From positions 1 to 57,285 of IMG/VR virus record IMGVR_UViG_3300046057_000055: a stretch of DNA of 57,285 nt; one strand, given 5' to 3'. Below the pieces are notes generated by a model. That model ran no database searches. It was not told the origin of the DNA and saw only the letters and a program-made list of their open reading frames with translations. Position numbers and translations under genes: made by a program. Shown piece after piece: positions 25,975 to 35,024 of this stretch. Each line of letters starts with the position of its first letter. The first letter of the stretch is position 1. Origin of the DNA: a virus.

Positions 25975-26196
25975 TCAGTCGCTACGCCAGTCGCCCAGCA
26001 TGGCGACTGTCTTCCCGATCACGTATGGGGCGCCCACTGAGACGGCGATCACCGCAGCCTCAACGGGGTCGGTGACCAGTGCGCTGATGAAGGCTGCCAC
26101 GATGACCAGCACCCCGAACACGATCGCGCCGACGATGTACGCCCGGGGCGCGCTCTCGCGAGCGGCGTCGGTGATGGCAGCGATAGTGCCGTTCAT
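25975..26196 (-). CDS. Small membrane protein (73 aa)
   Basis: MNGTIAAITDAARESAPRAYIVGAIVFGVLVIVAAFISALV... ATG 26196 chosen within the ORF-track ORF. Confidence 0.5.
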   Translation of the reverse strand: MNGTIAAITDAARESAPRAYIVGAIVFGVLVIVAAFISALVTDPVEAAVIAVSVGAPYVIGKTVAMLGDWRSD

Positions 26197-26200
26197 AGAG

Positions 26201-26350
26201 TCACCGGAGTTTGTTGAGCAGTCGCTGGGCAAGCGATTGCGCTGAGTTGCCGCCCTCATCGTCGCCGGTGTCGAGTCCGGCTTCGTCGTAGACGTCCTCT
26301 GCGTCGACATCGCCCAACCACGAGTCCTGATCAGAGGGTATTTCGACCAT
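26201..26350 (-). CDS. Hypothetical small acidic protein (49 aa)
   Basis: Hand translation MVEIPSDQDSWLGDVDAEDVYDEAGLDTGDDEGGNSAQSLAQRLLNKLR. Lies directly downstream of the portal stop. Confidence 0.4.
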   Translation of the reverse strand: MVEIPSDQDSWLGDVDAEDVYDEAGLDTGDDEGGNSAQSLAQRLLNKLR

Positions 26351-26352
26351 CG

Positions 26353-29300
26353 TTACGCCTCCGCCGATTCGGTGTAGATGTCAGTCATGTCTCCATCGTC
26401 TGATGTGTAGATATCGTCCGGGCTGTACGTCTCCGACCCGTCTTTGCCGACGATGAGTTCGTTCTCTTCCTCGGCCAGGCCGGGCGTCGTGTGCGACGAG
26501 CCCCATACTTCATCGACAGGGATCTCGGTCTGGATGATAACACCATCCTCCTCGCCCTCATCCGCGAACTGCTCGGCATGAGCTGGGAATGTCGACCACG
26601 ACTCGAGCGTCCGATGCTCGATGTCGATATCTTCGCCGTTTTCTGCGGCTTCCTGAATCTGCTCCGCGAACTCTCCACTGACGCCACGCGCCACCGGGAC
26701 AGTCTCGCCGAACGTCTCTCTGAGAATCTCTCTCGTGACTGCAACGCTATCACCGATGGCCGTAACAGGGTCGTCTCCCTCGGCTGCTGGGAGAGGGTCG
26801 CCGACAGTATCCGGGTCGGCAGTGGCATCGTCAGGAATGTTGTCGTTGCCTGTCGTGTCGATCGCTGCGCCCCACAACTCTGCCGTGTTATCGTTGAGGA
26901 GTGACCCGTCTTGTTCGGCGCGCCAAGCATCAAAGGACTGTGCAGCCTCGTGTTGTTCAGGTCCATAGGCCGGGTCGACGACGTAGTCGTCGTTCAGTGC
27001 CCCTTCGGATGCTTCCCTGACCGCAGAGGTTTCTGTGGAGAGTGCATCCTGGACGACCTGCGCCGATTCGACTTCCTGGTCGCCGACATCAATTGTTTCT
27101 GTTTGATGGATGTACGCGGATTCGGCAACCACACGCTCCCCGCTTTCGTCGAGGTTGTCGACATGTTCTCTCGCTGCCGCCAGTGCATCACCCACGGTTG
27201 CGCCCTCGGCGACGGCGTCCTCAACAGCGCTCTGTAACTGCTCCCGGGCTTCGTCGCTGCCATTCCACGAGTCAGGAGCACCATCTTGGATCGCTTCCGA
27301 CCCGGGTGTGTTGTCGCCATCAGGTGAGCAGTATAGTCCACCACGCGGCCCCTCATGGACTGTCCCGTCGCACTCGCTCTCGTCATCGATGTGGGTGGCG
27401 TCGTCGGGGACTCCTGATGGAGTCTTCTGCCGCTCGCTAAAATCCCGGCCGCCCGCTGATCGCGCCGCCAAGAGTGAGATGTCGTCCGGGACGTCCTCGG
27501 CATCCGGCATCGGCCCTTCCGGGAGCCGGCCGTGGAAATTGGTGATCTCAACATACTCGTAGTCCAGCCGGATGTTGTCGTAGTGATAGCTACCGTGACT
27601 ACTCGCGTTCGCCAGTGCCGACCACTCCGTCGCCGGGACGTCAACGTAGGCGTACAGCGACGACTGGCCTTCGTCGCGCTGGAACGACAGGTAGAGCTCG
27701 TTCGTCTCAAAGTCGAACAGCCCATCATCCAAATTCGAGCTGTCGAACTCCATCTGCTCGATCGAGTCCTTTGAAACGAGATCGGCCTCGACGGCAGCCC
27801 ACTCGCGTTCGGCGATCTTGTTGTCTGGCGGCGGGAGCTGGTTCTCGATGGGAGGTTGATCTGGCCCCTCCCCAGGGGCGCCCTGGGCCTCCCGCCCCAC
27901 GTTCGCGACGAGTGTGTCGCCGTCGATCTCGTGGTCCTCGGGGAGTGGGTCCTCGCCAACCATCTCGAGGGCGCGATTCACCGGGACGGCGCCCCTGACG
28001 GCCTGGATCTTCCGGCGGGCAACGGCGGCGTCCTCCTTGGGTTGGTCGGCGCCGCGCAGCTCGAACTCGATCGTCCAGTCACGGATCCCAAACGCCTTCT
28101 GGTGGAGGATCTGGTAGAGCCGTGCAGCGAACTTGTGCTGCTCGGGCTGGATCACCTCCAGGGCGAAGTCCCGATCCTGTTGGTCGGAGTTCGAGTAGTT
28201 TGCCGACTCGGTGATCCCGATCTTGACTGGCGGGACCTCTAGCACTTTCGCGATCTCGTGCTCGTTCTTCTCCCGGAACTGCCGGAAGTCCATCTCCTCG
28301 CTGATGCCCTGGCCCAGCGGCTCGATCGAGATCTCGGCGTCGGTGCCGTCCTCGGTCTGGAGGTCTTTCTTGTCGAGGAACTTCTCGACCTCCAGCACGA
28401 CGGCGCGATGGGACTCCGCACGGAGCCCGTTGAGCATCTGCCGCAGGTCCTCGCGGGACTCTTCGGAGAGCTCGCCGCCAGTCACCTTGACGACCATCCG
28501 AGGGATCGTGTCGTTATCGAAGAAGTCGCGGTTGTAGTCCTTGGCCGCTTCGTCGGCCGTGATCGTCCGGATGGCGCTCACCCAGTCCGGGATGCCGTAG
28601 TCGTCGGCCAGCGGGGACGGGTTGGTGACGAAGATTAGCTCGTTGGCTGGATCGTGCTCGAGCTTTTCTGCCGACCCGGTGACGACGTCGCCAGTCTCCT
28701 GGTCGACGAAGAGGGGCTCCCGCTTGTCGTCCTCGCTGCGCCCACGCCAGCGGTCGCCGGCCTCGCCGAAGTACCGGCGCCGGCCGTCGCGGATCTGGAC
28801 GTAGCCCCTACTCGCAAACTCCGCCCCATCGGCGTCGACGAACCTCCCCTCCTCAGGATGACGGGGCTGGTCGAACTGGCTCTGGGGCTTCCGAACACGG
28901 ACGGTGTTCGCCGGGACATGCGCGAGGCCGACCGGGTCGCCCTCCATGTTGGTGAGGATCTCGAGCGCACACCAGCCGATGAGGTGGTAGTCCTGGCGAG
29001 CGAGCTCGAGGACTTCCTCGGGCGTCGTCGGCTCGGCCTTCTGGCGGGCCTTGGTCTGCCAGCGTGAGTCCAGGCCGCGCCAGAAGTCGCGGATCGTCTC
29101 GCGCTCGTCGTCGCTCGCCTCCTCGGCGTCGACGTCGACGTGCGGGACGATCGAGAAGCCGTAGCCCACCTCGTAGCGGGCCTTCTTGCGGATGCCGACC
29201 GAGAGCGTCTCGTTCAGTTCGCTGAACGACGCCAGCCGGTCGGGATTGTACGGTGGCTTGATGCCGGCGCCGTGGGTACGGATCCGGCGGTCGGAGAGCT

Positions 29301-29391
29301 GCGTGCTGTTCTCGGCCTTCGCCAGCGGCGTGCCATCGCCGATCCCCGAGACCTTGACCTCGATCTCGCCGCTATCGTCAGCGCTACTCAT
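26353..29391 (-). CDS. Portal protein with a KTSC domain and a long acidic C-terminal extension ending in an ADP-ribosyltransferase-like motif set (1012 aa)
   Basis: Lies immediately downstream of TerL. The N-terminal ~520 aa are portal-sized. KTSC-like segment LYLSFQRDEGQSSLYAYVDVPATEWSALANASSHGSYHYDNIRLDYEY. The C-terminus carries VARG...SWST...ENELIVGKDG. Confidence 0.8.
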   Translation of the reverse strand: MSSADDSGEIEVKVSGIGDGTPLAKAENSTQLSDRRIRTHGAGIKPPYNPDRLASFSELNETLSVGIRKKARYEVGYGFSIVPHVDVDAEEASDDERETIRDFWRGLDSRWQTKARQKAEPTTPEEVLELARQDYHLIGWCALEILTNMEGDPVGLAHVPANTVRVRKPQSQFDQPRHPEEGRFVDADGAEFASRGYVQIRDGRRRYFGEAGDRWRGRSEDDKREPLFVDQETGDVVTGSAEKLEHDPANELIFVTNPSPLADDYGIPDWVSAIRTITADEAAKDYNRDFFDNDTIPRMVVKVTGGELSEESREDLRQMLNGLRAESHRAVVLEVEKFLDKKDLQTEDGTDAEISIEPLGQGISEEMDFRQFREKNEHEIAKVLEVPPVKIGITESANYSNSDQQDRDFALEVIQPEQHKFAARLYQILHQKAFGIRDWTIEFELRGADQPKEDAAVARRKIQAVRGAVPVNRALEMVGEDPLPEDHEIDGDTLVANVGREAQGAPGEGPDQPPIENQLPPPDNKIAEREWAAVEADLVSKDSIEQMEFDSSNLDDGLFDFETNELYLSFQRDEGQSSLYAYVDVPATEWSALANASSHGSYHYDNIRLDYEYVEITNFHGRLPEGPMPDAEDVPDDISLLAARSAGGRDFSERQKTPSGVPDDATHIDDESECDGTVHEGPRGGLYCSPDGDNTPGSEAIQDGAPDSWNGSDEAREQLQSAVEDAVAEGATVGDALAAAREHVDNLDESGERVVAESAYIHQTETIDVGDQEVESAQVVQDALSTETSAVREASEGALNDDYVVDPAYGPEQHEAAQSFDAWRAEQDGSLLNDNTAELWGAAIDTTGNDNIPDDATADPDTVGDPLPAAEGDDPVTAIGDSVAVTREILRETFGETVPVARGVSGEFAEQIQEAAENGEDIDIEHRTLESWSTFPAHAEQFADEGEEDGVIIQTEIPVDEVWGSSHTTPGLAEEENELIVGKDGSETYSPDDIYTSDDGDMTDIYTESAEA

Positions 29392-29433
29392 CGTCCTGGC
29401 CTCCGTCGTACTGACCGCTGTTCGTGTCCGGAA

Positions 29434-31065
29434 TCATATGTATGAAACACCCGTCGAGTTGCTATCGTCATCCTCGTCGTCGGTGCCATCAGGATCCTCA
29501 TCGGCGAGACCCAGGGACTCTATCCGCCGGAGCCCCTGCTCGGCCATGTACCACGCCGCGATCAGGTCGGGCGTGTGGCCCTGGAGCCGCCCGTCTTTGA
29601 GCTCCAGCGACTGCATCGCCTGGACGAAGTCCTCGGTCGGCTGGTGGCCGCGGTGGAACAGCATCGACCCGTTCTCGACAAGTGTCCGGAGCCGCGGGAT
29701 GCCGTTCTCCCAGCTGTGTTTCTTTCCACTCGTCGGGATGCCAGTGACTTTCGCGCGCAGTTGAGCGTCGAACTCGATCGCGTCCTCGACGACGTAGCCT
29801 TGCATCCCGTTGCTCTCGATCACGATCATCGCCGGGTCGAACCGACGGTCATACTCGGTGAGCAGCGTCTTCACCTCGCTGGGCTGCATCCCCGCCTCGG
29901 CGTGGGCGTCCAGGAGACGACGTCGGCCGTCGCGCTGGAGCAGCCAGACGTTGAACGCGGCGTCGTCGCCGGTCGGCGAGTTCGCCGGGTCGTGGGCGAC
30001 GACGATCGCCTCGCCGGCGCCGGCGGTGTACTCCTGAGGCGGATCCTGGCTGCGGATCGAACAGCCGCCGTCCTCCGCCGCAGCCCGGACGTCGGCCGCC
30101 TCGATCAGGTTGCCCGAGGCGCCGCGGATCACCAACGCGTACTCCCGCCAGAAGCGGTGGTTCGCCATCTTCGAGCGCTTGTCGTCGAGCCACTCCGGGC
30201 CGCGGGCCTCTGGCCAGAGCACCTGCATCGTCTCGCCCTCGCTCCATGGGTTCTCGACCTCGGTGTAGAGCGCCTCGTCAGGACGGCGCTCGGCCCAGTC
30301 GTCGTCCTCGCCGAACTGCTGATCCCAGACGTCGAGGATCGCCGGGTACTCGTCGACCGCGTAGCCCTCAAGCGTCCGGAAGTGGGCGTAGATGTCGTCC
30401 GGGCGCTTCCGAGTGCCGATCACGACCGTCCGGCCGTTGTCCTTGACCATCGGGACCGTGACGGCCTCGATCCAGTCGAGGACGTCGTCGGTCGAGCCGT
30501 CGCCCTTCTCCTTGATGATGTCGTCCAGGATCAGCAGGTGGGCACGGTCACCTTCGATCCCGCCGTCGAGCCAGCCGGCGTTCAGGATCGAGCCGTTCGC
30601 GAAGATCTTCGCCGTGATCGTGTTCTTCTGGGCCGGCTCGTTCAGGTTGGTGAGCCACTCGTTGCGCTCGACCATCTTCCAGAATTCGGTGTCGGCCTTC
30701 TTCTGGACCGAGCCCTGGTTGTTCATCGCCCAGATCCCGCGGAACCCGTCCTTGTACTCGAGGCAGCCGATCAGGTATGTCAGCGTGATCGTCGTCTTCA
30801 GCCCGTCACGGTGACAGAGCAGGACGCGGTCGCCGGCGTCGAACTTCTCGAGCCAGCGTTCGTGATGATCGCCCAGGAGGTGGTAGGGGTCATCCTCCAT
30901 CTCTTCGGCCATGTAGTTCCGCGTCAGCTCGTTGGCGAAGTCGATCCACGAGGCCGGCCCCTCGAAGGGGTTCAGCAAGTCCCGTTTGGTCTCCGGCGAC
31001 GTCGTCGCCGCGGCAAGGCGCTCCGCTGCGGCTTCCGGGTCGACGTCGTTGCTCATGCTACACAT
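29434..31065 (-). CDS. terL: Terminase large subunit (543 aa)
   Basis: ATPase-like LLCHRDGLKTT and Walker B-like HLLILDDI, with a C-terminal nuclease-sized domain. Precedes the portal. ATG 31056 is an alternative start. Confidence 0.85.
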   Translation of the reverse strand: MCSMSNDVDPEAAAERLAAATTSPETKRDLLNPFEGPASWIDFANELTRNYMAEEMEDDPYHLLGDHHERWLEKFDAGDRVLLCHRDGLKTTITLTYLIGCLEYKDGFRGIWAMNNQGSVQKKADTEFWKMVERNEWLTNLNEPAQKNTITAKIFANGSILNAGWLDGGIEGDRAHLLILDDIIKEKGDGSTDDVLDWIEAVTVPMVKDNGRTVVIGTRKRPDDIYAHFRTLEGYAVDEYPAILDVWDQQFGEDDDWAERRPDEALYTEVENPWSEGETMQVLWPEARGPEWLDDKRSKMANHRFWREYALVIRGASGNLIEAADVRAAAEDGGCSIRSQDPPQEYTAGAGEAIVVAHDPANSPTGDDAAFNVWLLQRDGRRRLLDAHAEAGMQPSEVKTLLTEYDRRFDPAMIVIESNGMQGYVVEDAIEFDAQLRAKVTGIPTSGKKHSWENGIPRLRTLVENGSMLFHRGHQPTEDFVQAMQSLELKDGRLQGHTPDLIAAWYMAEQGLRRIESLGLADEDPDGTDDEDDDSNSTGVSYI

Positions 31066-31552
31066 CGGCCAGCCCCCCGTCGTCCTGCTGTTGGCGCTGC
31101 CGGATGAGTTCGAGCGCGAGTTCCTGCTCGTCCTCGGCGAGCTCGTGTTCAGTCGACTGGTTCAGGTTGGCCTCCAGACGGTTGGGCTCGCGGCCGACGT
31201 GGCCGCGATCGCCGAGCCACTCGTTCCACTCCGACGCCGTCTTCGCCGCCTTCCGGTACTCGTCGTTCTCCATGAGCTTCCGGATCGCCGTCTCGTAGAC
31301 CGTGGCCGTGATCGCGTCGACGCGGTCCTCGTCCATCCGGCCCACTACGTACTGCTGCAGCCGGGCCTTGTCCTGAGAGATCTGGCTCTTCGAGACGTCG
31401 TACCGGGAGGCTAAACGCGTCGGGCTGATTGAGTCCGGATGCCCGGCCTTCTCGATCAACTCGAGGATCTCTGCTCGCCGCTCCGTCCAGTGGTATTCCT
31501 CGGGCGGCTTGTCCTCGGGGATGTCGATCGCCCGGTAGTCGGTGTCGCTCAT
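31058..31552 (-). CDS. HTH protein, small-terminase-like (164 aa)
   Basis: HTH ISPTRLASRYDVSKSQISQDKARL. Lies directly upstream of terL. Its C-terminal tail HELAEDEQELALELIRQRQQQDDGG is shared with 32818..33411. Confidence 0.5.
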   Translation of the reverse strand: MSDTDYRAIDIPEDKPPEEYHWTERRAEILELIEKAGHPDSISPTRLASRYDVSKSQISQDKARLQQYVVGRMDEDRVDAITATVYETAIRKLMENDEYRKAAKTASEWNEWLGDRGHVGREPNRLEANLNQSTEHELAEDEQELALELIRQRQQQDDGGLADV

Positions 31553-31564
31553 GTTCAGTCTCGT

Positions 31565-32815
31565 TCAGTGTTCGCCGGCGTTGACGCCGGCCTCGAGCTG
31601 GCGCTCGGCCTCAGCCACGCGCCGCTCGATCACCTGGCGGTAGGTCTCCTCGTCGACCTCGAAGCCGATGCAATCGCGCTCGTTCCGAAGCGCCGCCACT
31701 GCGGTGCTCCCCGAGCCCAGGAACGGATCCAGAACGACATCCTCCTGGGAAGATGACTGCTCCAGCAGCGTCTCCAGAAGGCCGACCGGCTTCTCGGTCG
31801 GGTGCTCGTTGCCGTCTGAGGAGTGCTTGTGCAGGATGACGTCCGACACCGTCCGGTCGAGCGATCGGGCATCGGCGACGTCGTGGACGGCGTAGAGGAT
31901 GAACTCGTGTTGGTAGCCGTAGCGGACGCCGCCACTGCCGAACGACGTCTGGTTGTTCGGGGCCGACTTCAGCCAGACGACGCAGTTGAGGACCTCGAAG
32001 CCGGCATCCTGGAGGACATCCCGGAAGTCGTCGTACGTCTTCCAGGAGGCGAACGCGTAGAGGTGGCCGTCCTCGGCGAGCACTCGCTTGAGCTCGGGGA
32101 CGATCGCCCGCCAGAGGTCGACCGCTTCCTCGTAGCCGTCGTTCTCCAGCGAGCCGGCGTGCTCGGTCTCCGAACTCCCCAGCGTCTCACTCAAGTCGAG
32201 ATCGACGCCGTAGGGCGGGTCCGTGAGGACGACGTCGACGCTGTCGTCGTCGACGTGTTCGTGGAGACCTGCGACAGCGTCCTCGAAGTGGACCTGTGTC
32301 GTAGGGTCGTACTCGTAGGCGGGCGCCGTCGCGTTGTCCACGCGGATCTCCGAGAGCAACTCGTCGAGATCTTCGTCGGCCGCGTCGACGAGGTCCTGGA
32401 CGTCCTCGCCGCGCCCCGCGTTCAGCAGGTAGTCGTACTCGAGGGCGTCGCGCTTGGTGTCGTGCTCGCCGGAGATCTTGTTGAGCTCCTGGCGCCAGAG
32501 CCGGCGTTCAGCGTCGTCCTCGAAGTCGTAGAGCTTGACCGGGACCTCCTCGAGGCCGACCTCCTGGGCCGCCCGCCAGCGGTGCTCGCCATCGGCGATC
32601 AGCCCCTCAGCGTTGCCGTCGTACCCAGGAAGGTCACCCGTGTTCGCGACGATCGCGTTGCCGATCCAGCCCTTCTCGCGAAGGTTGTCCACGAGGAGCC
32701 CGAACATCTCGTCGGACTGCTCGTTCGGGTTGTCGCCGTCGACGCAGAGTTCATCCGGGGGGACGGTCGTTTCCGCTTCTGGCTGTGGAAGCTCGTCGAG
32801 CGTGAGTTCGTCCAT
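31565..32815 (-). CDS. ParB-like nuclease domain fused to an N6-adenine/N4-cytosine DNA methyltransferase (416 aa)
   Basis: ParB motif ADGEHRWRAA. Motif IV VLTDPPYGV precedes motif I VLDPFLGSGSTAVAA (beta-class order). Confidence 0.85.
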   Translation of the reverse strand: MDELTLDELPQPEAETTVPPDELCVDGDNPNEQSDEMFGLLVDNLREKGWIGNAIVANTGDLPGYDGNAEGLIADGEHRWRAAQEVGLEEVPVKLYDFEDDAERRLWRQELNKISGEHDTKRDALEYDYLLNAGRGEDVQDLVDAADEDLDELLSEIRVDNATAPAYEYDPTTQVHFEDAVAGLHEHVDDDSVDVVLTDPPYGVDLDLSETLGSSETEHAGSLENDGYEEAVDLWRAIVPELKRVLAEDGHLYAFASWKTYDDFRDVLQDAGFEVLNCVVWLKSAPNNQTSFGSGGVRYGYQHEFILYAVHDVADARSLDRTVSDVILHKHSSDGNEHPTEKPVGLLETLLEQSSSQEDVVLDPFLGSGSTAVAALRNERDCIGFEVDEETYRQVIERRVAEAERQLEAGVNAGEH

Positions 32816-32817
32816 GA

Positions 32818-33411
32818 TCAGTCGCCTCCTGCGTCTTTCTGCTGGCGCTGCCGGATGACCTCGAGAGCGAGCTCTTTCTCGTCGTCACCGAGTTCGTGTT
32901 GGGTCGTCTGGTCGACCTCGGCCTGCATCGATATCTCGTCCTCGTTGGGGACGACGTTGAACTCCGAGAGCAGCTGGCGGCCCTCACGGATCAGTGCTGG
33001 GTCCATCGCATCCTCGCCGCGCAACGCGAGGTTCATGCCGACGATCCCGAGCAGGTTGACCGCCTCCTCGGGGTCGTCCAGTGCGTCGACCCACTCGTCG
33101 AAGACACGCTGCTGGCGGTCGGAGAGCTTTGACTTGAAGTACTCCGATGTCGCCCCGTGCTTGAAGTTCGGGTTCGACTCGCCCCACTGCTCGCCGGTGA
33201 CAGGGTGGTTCCGGCACGGTCCGATGTCGCGGTCGGTCCCCCAGCCCGCTCGCTGGAGGCAGTAGTCGATGTCGTCTCGTTCCCGGCCGTGGTCGGTAGG
33301 CGTCGTCCGGTCGGACTTCTGGGCGGCGCAGATGGGGTAGCCCTTCTCGGGGTGGAGCGGGTAGCCCACATCGTTACGAGGCGGTTCCTCGGAGAATTCG
33401 TAGTCTGTCAT
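32818..33411 (-). CDS. Second small-terminase-like protein (197 aa)
   Basis: GPCRNHPVTGEQWGESNPNFKHGATSEYF resembles small-terminase N-terminal motifs. Its C-terminal tail HELGDDEKELALEVIRQRQQKDAGG matches 31058..31552. Confidence 0.5.
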   Translation of the reverse strand: MTDYEFSEEPPRNDVGYPLHPEKGYPICAAQKSDRTTPTDHGRERDDIDYCLQRAGWGTDRDIGPCRNHPVTGEQWGESNPNFKHGATSEYFKSKLSDRQQRVFDEWVDALDDPEEAVNLLGIVGMNLALRGEDAMDPALIREGRQLLSEFNVVPNEDEISMQAEVDQTTQHELGDDEKELALEVIRQRQQKDAGGD

Positions 33412-33447
33412 AAGTGGTTCTCCAGAACAGGGGGCGTCATCAGTGGG

Positions 33448-33720
33448 TCACCGGGGCGGGCCGGACCGCGACGGGCCCGATGGTCCCGACCGACGGACGC
33501 CGCTGGGCGTCTTCGGCGAGTCGACATCGCGATCGTGCTCGCCGCGGAGGTGGCACTTCTTGCAGCGCTTCCGGCGGTTGTTCGGGTGGCCGTTCGACGG
33601 ATTGCCGTCGTTGTGGTGGACGTCCGCGCGCTCGACGTCGTCGAACGACCGACCGCAGCCCGGGCAGCGTCGGCCAGCGCGTTCGTCCCACGTTCGTTCG
33701 CGGTCACGATCTCGGGACAT
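33448..33720 (-). CDS. HNH endonuclease (90 aa), packaging-associated by position
   Basis: CPGCG...VHHNDGNPSNGHPNN...CKKCH. Confidence 0.8.
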   Translation of the reverse strand: MSRDRDRERTWDERAGRRCPGCGRSFDDVERADVHHNDGNPSNGHPNNRRKRCKKCHLRGEHDRDVDSPKTPSGVRRSGPSGPSRSGPPR

Positions 33721-33722
33721 GG

Positions 33723-33929
33723 TCAGTGATCAAGCAGCAGTTCGCGAGTACACTCCGGGCAGAGTGTGATGAGGTCGCCCGGCTCGTAGCCGTGCTGCCG
33801 GAGTTGGTCGCCGTACCGAGTATTGTCGTACCAGTCCTCGTTGAACTCGCCGGTGAACGGTGGCCGGCCGTCGCGAGGCTCCTCTGCATCGGTGTCGCAG
33901 AAGCCGTCGCACTGGTAGAGGTAGGGCAT
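33723..33929 (-). CDS. Small Cys-containing protein (68 aa)
   Basis: ORF track. CDGFC...CPEC pattern. Confidence 0.5.
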   Translation of the reverse strand: MPYLYQCDGFCDTDAEEPRDGRPPFTGEFNEDWYDNTRYGDQLRQHGYEPGDLITLCPECTRELLLDH

Positions 33930-33946
33930 ATGTATTCGAAGTGAAT

Positions 33947-34195
33947 TCAGTGGAGTCGGTGCTCGACTTGCTTGGCCGTCTCAGCAGGGAGCTGTGCCTC
34001 GAGGTCATCTAACCGGCCCTCGATCCGCTCGACGGCGTCCTCGATCGCGGCGGCGTCCTGGTCGGTGAGCTCGACGTCGTCACGGAGCAGCGGCAGGACG
34101 ACCTCGCGGAAGAACTCGGGCCACTGGCGATCGTCGCGATGGCCGTCGAGCTCCTCGAAGAGCTCGTCGGGCAGCGAGATCGGTGTCCGGGACAT
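33947..34195 (-). CDS. Ribbon-helix-helix-like small protein (82 aa)
   Basis: MSRTPISLPDELFEELDG... ATG 34195 is preferred over the R-rich ORF-track extension. Confidence 0.55.
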   Translation of the reverse strand: MSRTPISLPDELFEELDGHRDDRQWPEFFREVVLPLLRDDVELTDQDAAAIEDAVERIEGRLDDLEAQLPAETAKQVEHRLH

Positions 34196-34212
34196 GGTTA
34201 TTCGAAGTGCAT

Positions 34213-34347
34213 TCACTCCTTGGGGTGGTACCGGTAGTTTGACGGCGTCGACGCGAGCACAGCGGCGCCTAGGGCGACGACGTAGCAGGACCGATGCCAC
34301 TCTGCGTCGCCTTCGGTCGCGTCGTCGCACTGGGGTGCCTGGCACAT
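34213..34347 (-). CDS. Hypothetical small protein (44 aa)
   Basis: MCQAPQCDDATEGDAEWHRSCYVVALGAAVLAS... Its start overlaps the upstream stop (TGATG). Confidence 0.4.
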   Translation of the reverse strand: MCQAPQCDDATEGDAEWHRSCYVVALGAAVLASTPSNYRYHPKE

Positions 34348-34478
34348 CAGTCGGTCACGCCCCATCTGGTGTCCGTCGACGGTCGCTGCGACGCGCACGG
34401 CCGGCAGACGTCCTCATCGAACTCGGGGACGGGGCCGAACGGGACCGTTTCCCTACAGTCGGCGCACTCGAAGGTCAT
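34347..34478 (-). CDS. Zinc-ribbon mini-protein (43 aa)
   Basis: Hand translation MTFECADCRETVPFGPVPEFDEDVCRPCASQRPSTDTRWGVTD. Overlaps the upstream gene by ATGA. Confidence 0.45.
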   Translation of the reverse strand: MTFECADCRETVPFGPVPEFDEDVCRPCASQRPSTDTRWGVTD

Positions 34479-34798
34479 CGTGAGAGTGCCGAGGGGTCCT
34501 CGGCGGCCGCCTTACGCTCCTCGAGATCAGCGTAGCGCTCCAGTCCGTACCAGACAGCGAGCCCGAGCGCGATGAACAGCACGTTCGCCGCGATGCCCAG
34601 CAGCTCGACCGTGCCGGGCTGGCCCTCGATCGCGATCGCCGACGAGCCCATCATCAGCGCGACGCCGATGAGGAACAGCACGGTCACGTACGCCGGGTGG
34701 ACCTGCCGGGCCCGGAGAAGCTGGAAGTACAGCGCTGCGATCATCCAGACGGCGCCGGCCACTGTTCCGAGGGCGTTGACGAGCGGGACTTCACTCAT
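34475..34798 (-). CDS. Three-helix membrane protein with a charged C-terminal tail (107 aa), holin-like
   Basis: Three hydrophobic segments followed by ERYADLEERKAAAEDPSALSR. ATG 34798 overlaps the upstream stop by 8 nt (ATGAGTGA). Confidence 0.55.
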   Translation of the reverse strand: MSEVPLVNALGTVAGAVWMIAALYFQLLRARQVHPAYVTVLFLIGVALMMGSSAIAIEGQPGTVELLGIAANVLFIALGLAVWYGLERYADLEERKAAAEDPSALSR

Positions 34799-35024
34799 CG
34801 TCGCCCTCCCCGCCCTGAGTTGTGACCAGTGCGCCGAAGTCGATCGGCAGTTGATCCAGTGCGATGTCGACACTCAGTAGCGTCGATATCAGGCTGATCA
34901 GGATCAGCTTGTTCTCGAGTGTCAGCGTGACGCCGTTGATGATCGTTTCGGCCGCGACCAGACCCAGCAGCGTCAGCACGGCCGCGCCACCGGTCAAGAA
35001 GCGGATCTGTCTTTTGAGACTCAT
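34791..35024 (-). CDS. Two-helix membrane protein with an acidic C-terminal tail (77 aa), holin-like
   Basis: LTGGAAVLTLLGLVAAETII and LILISLISTLLSVDIAL, then QGGEGDDE. Confidence 0.55.
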   Translation of the reverse strand: MSLKRQIRFLTGGAAVLTLLGLVAAETIINGVTLTLENKLILISLISTLLSVDIALDQLPIDFGALVTTQGGEGDDE

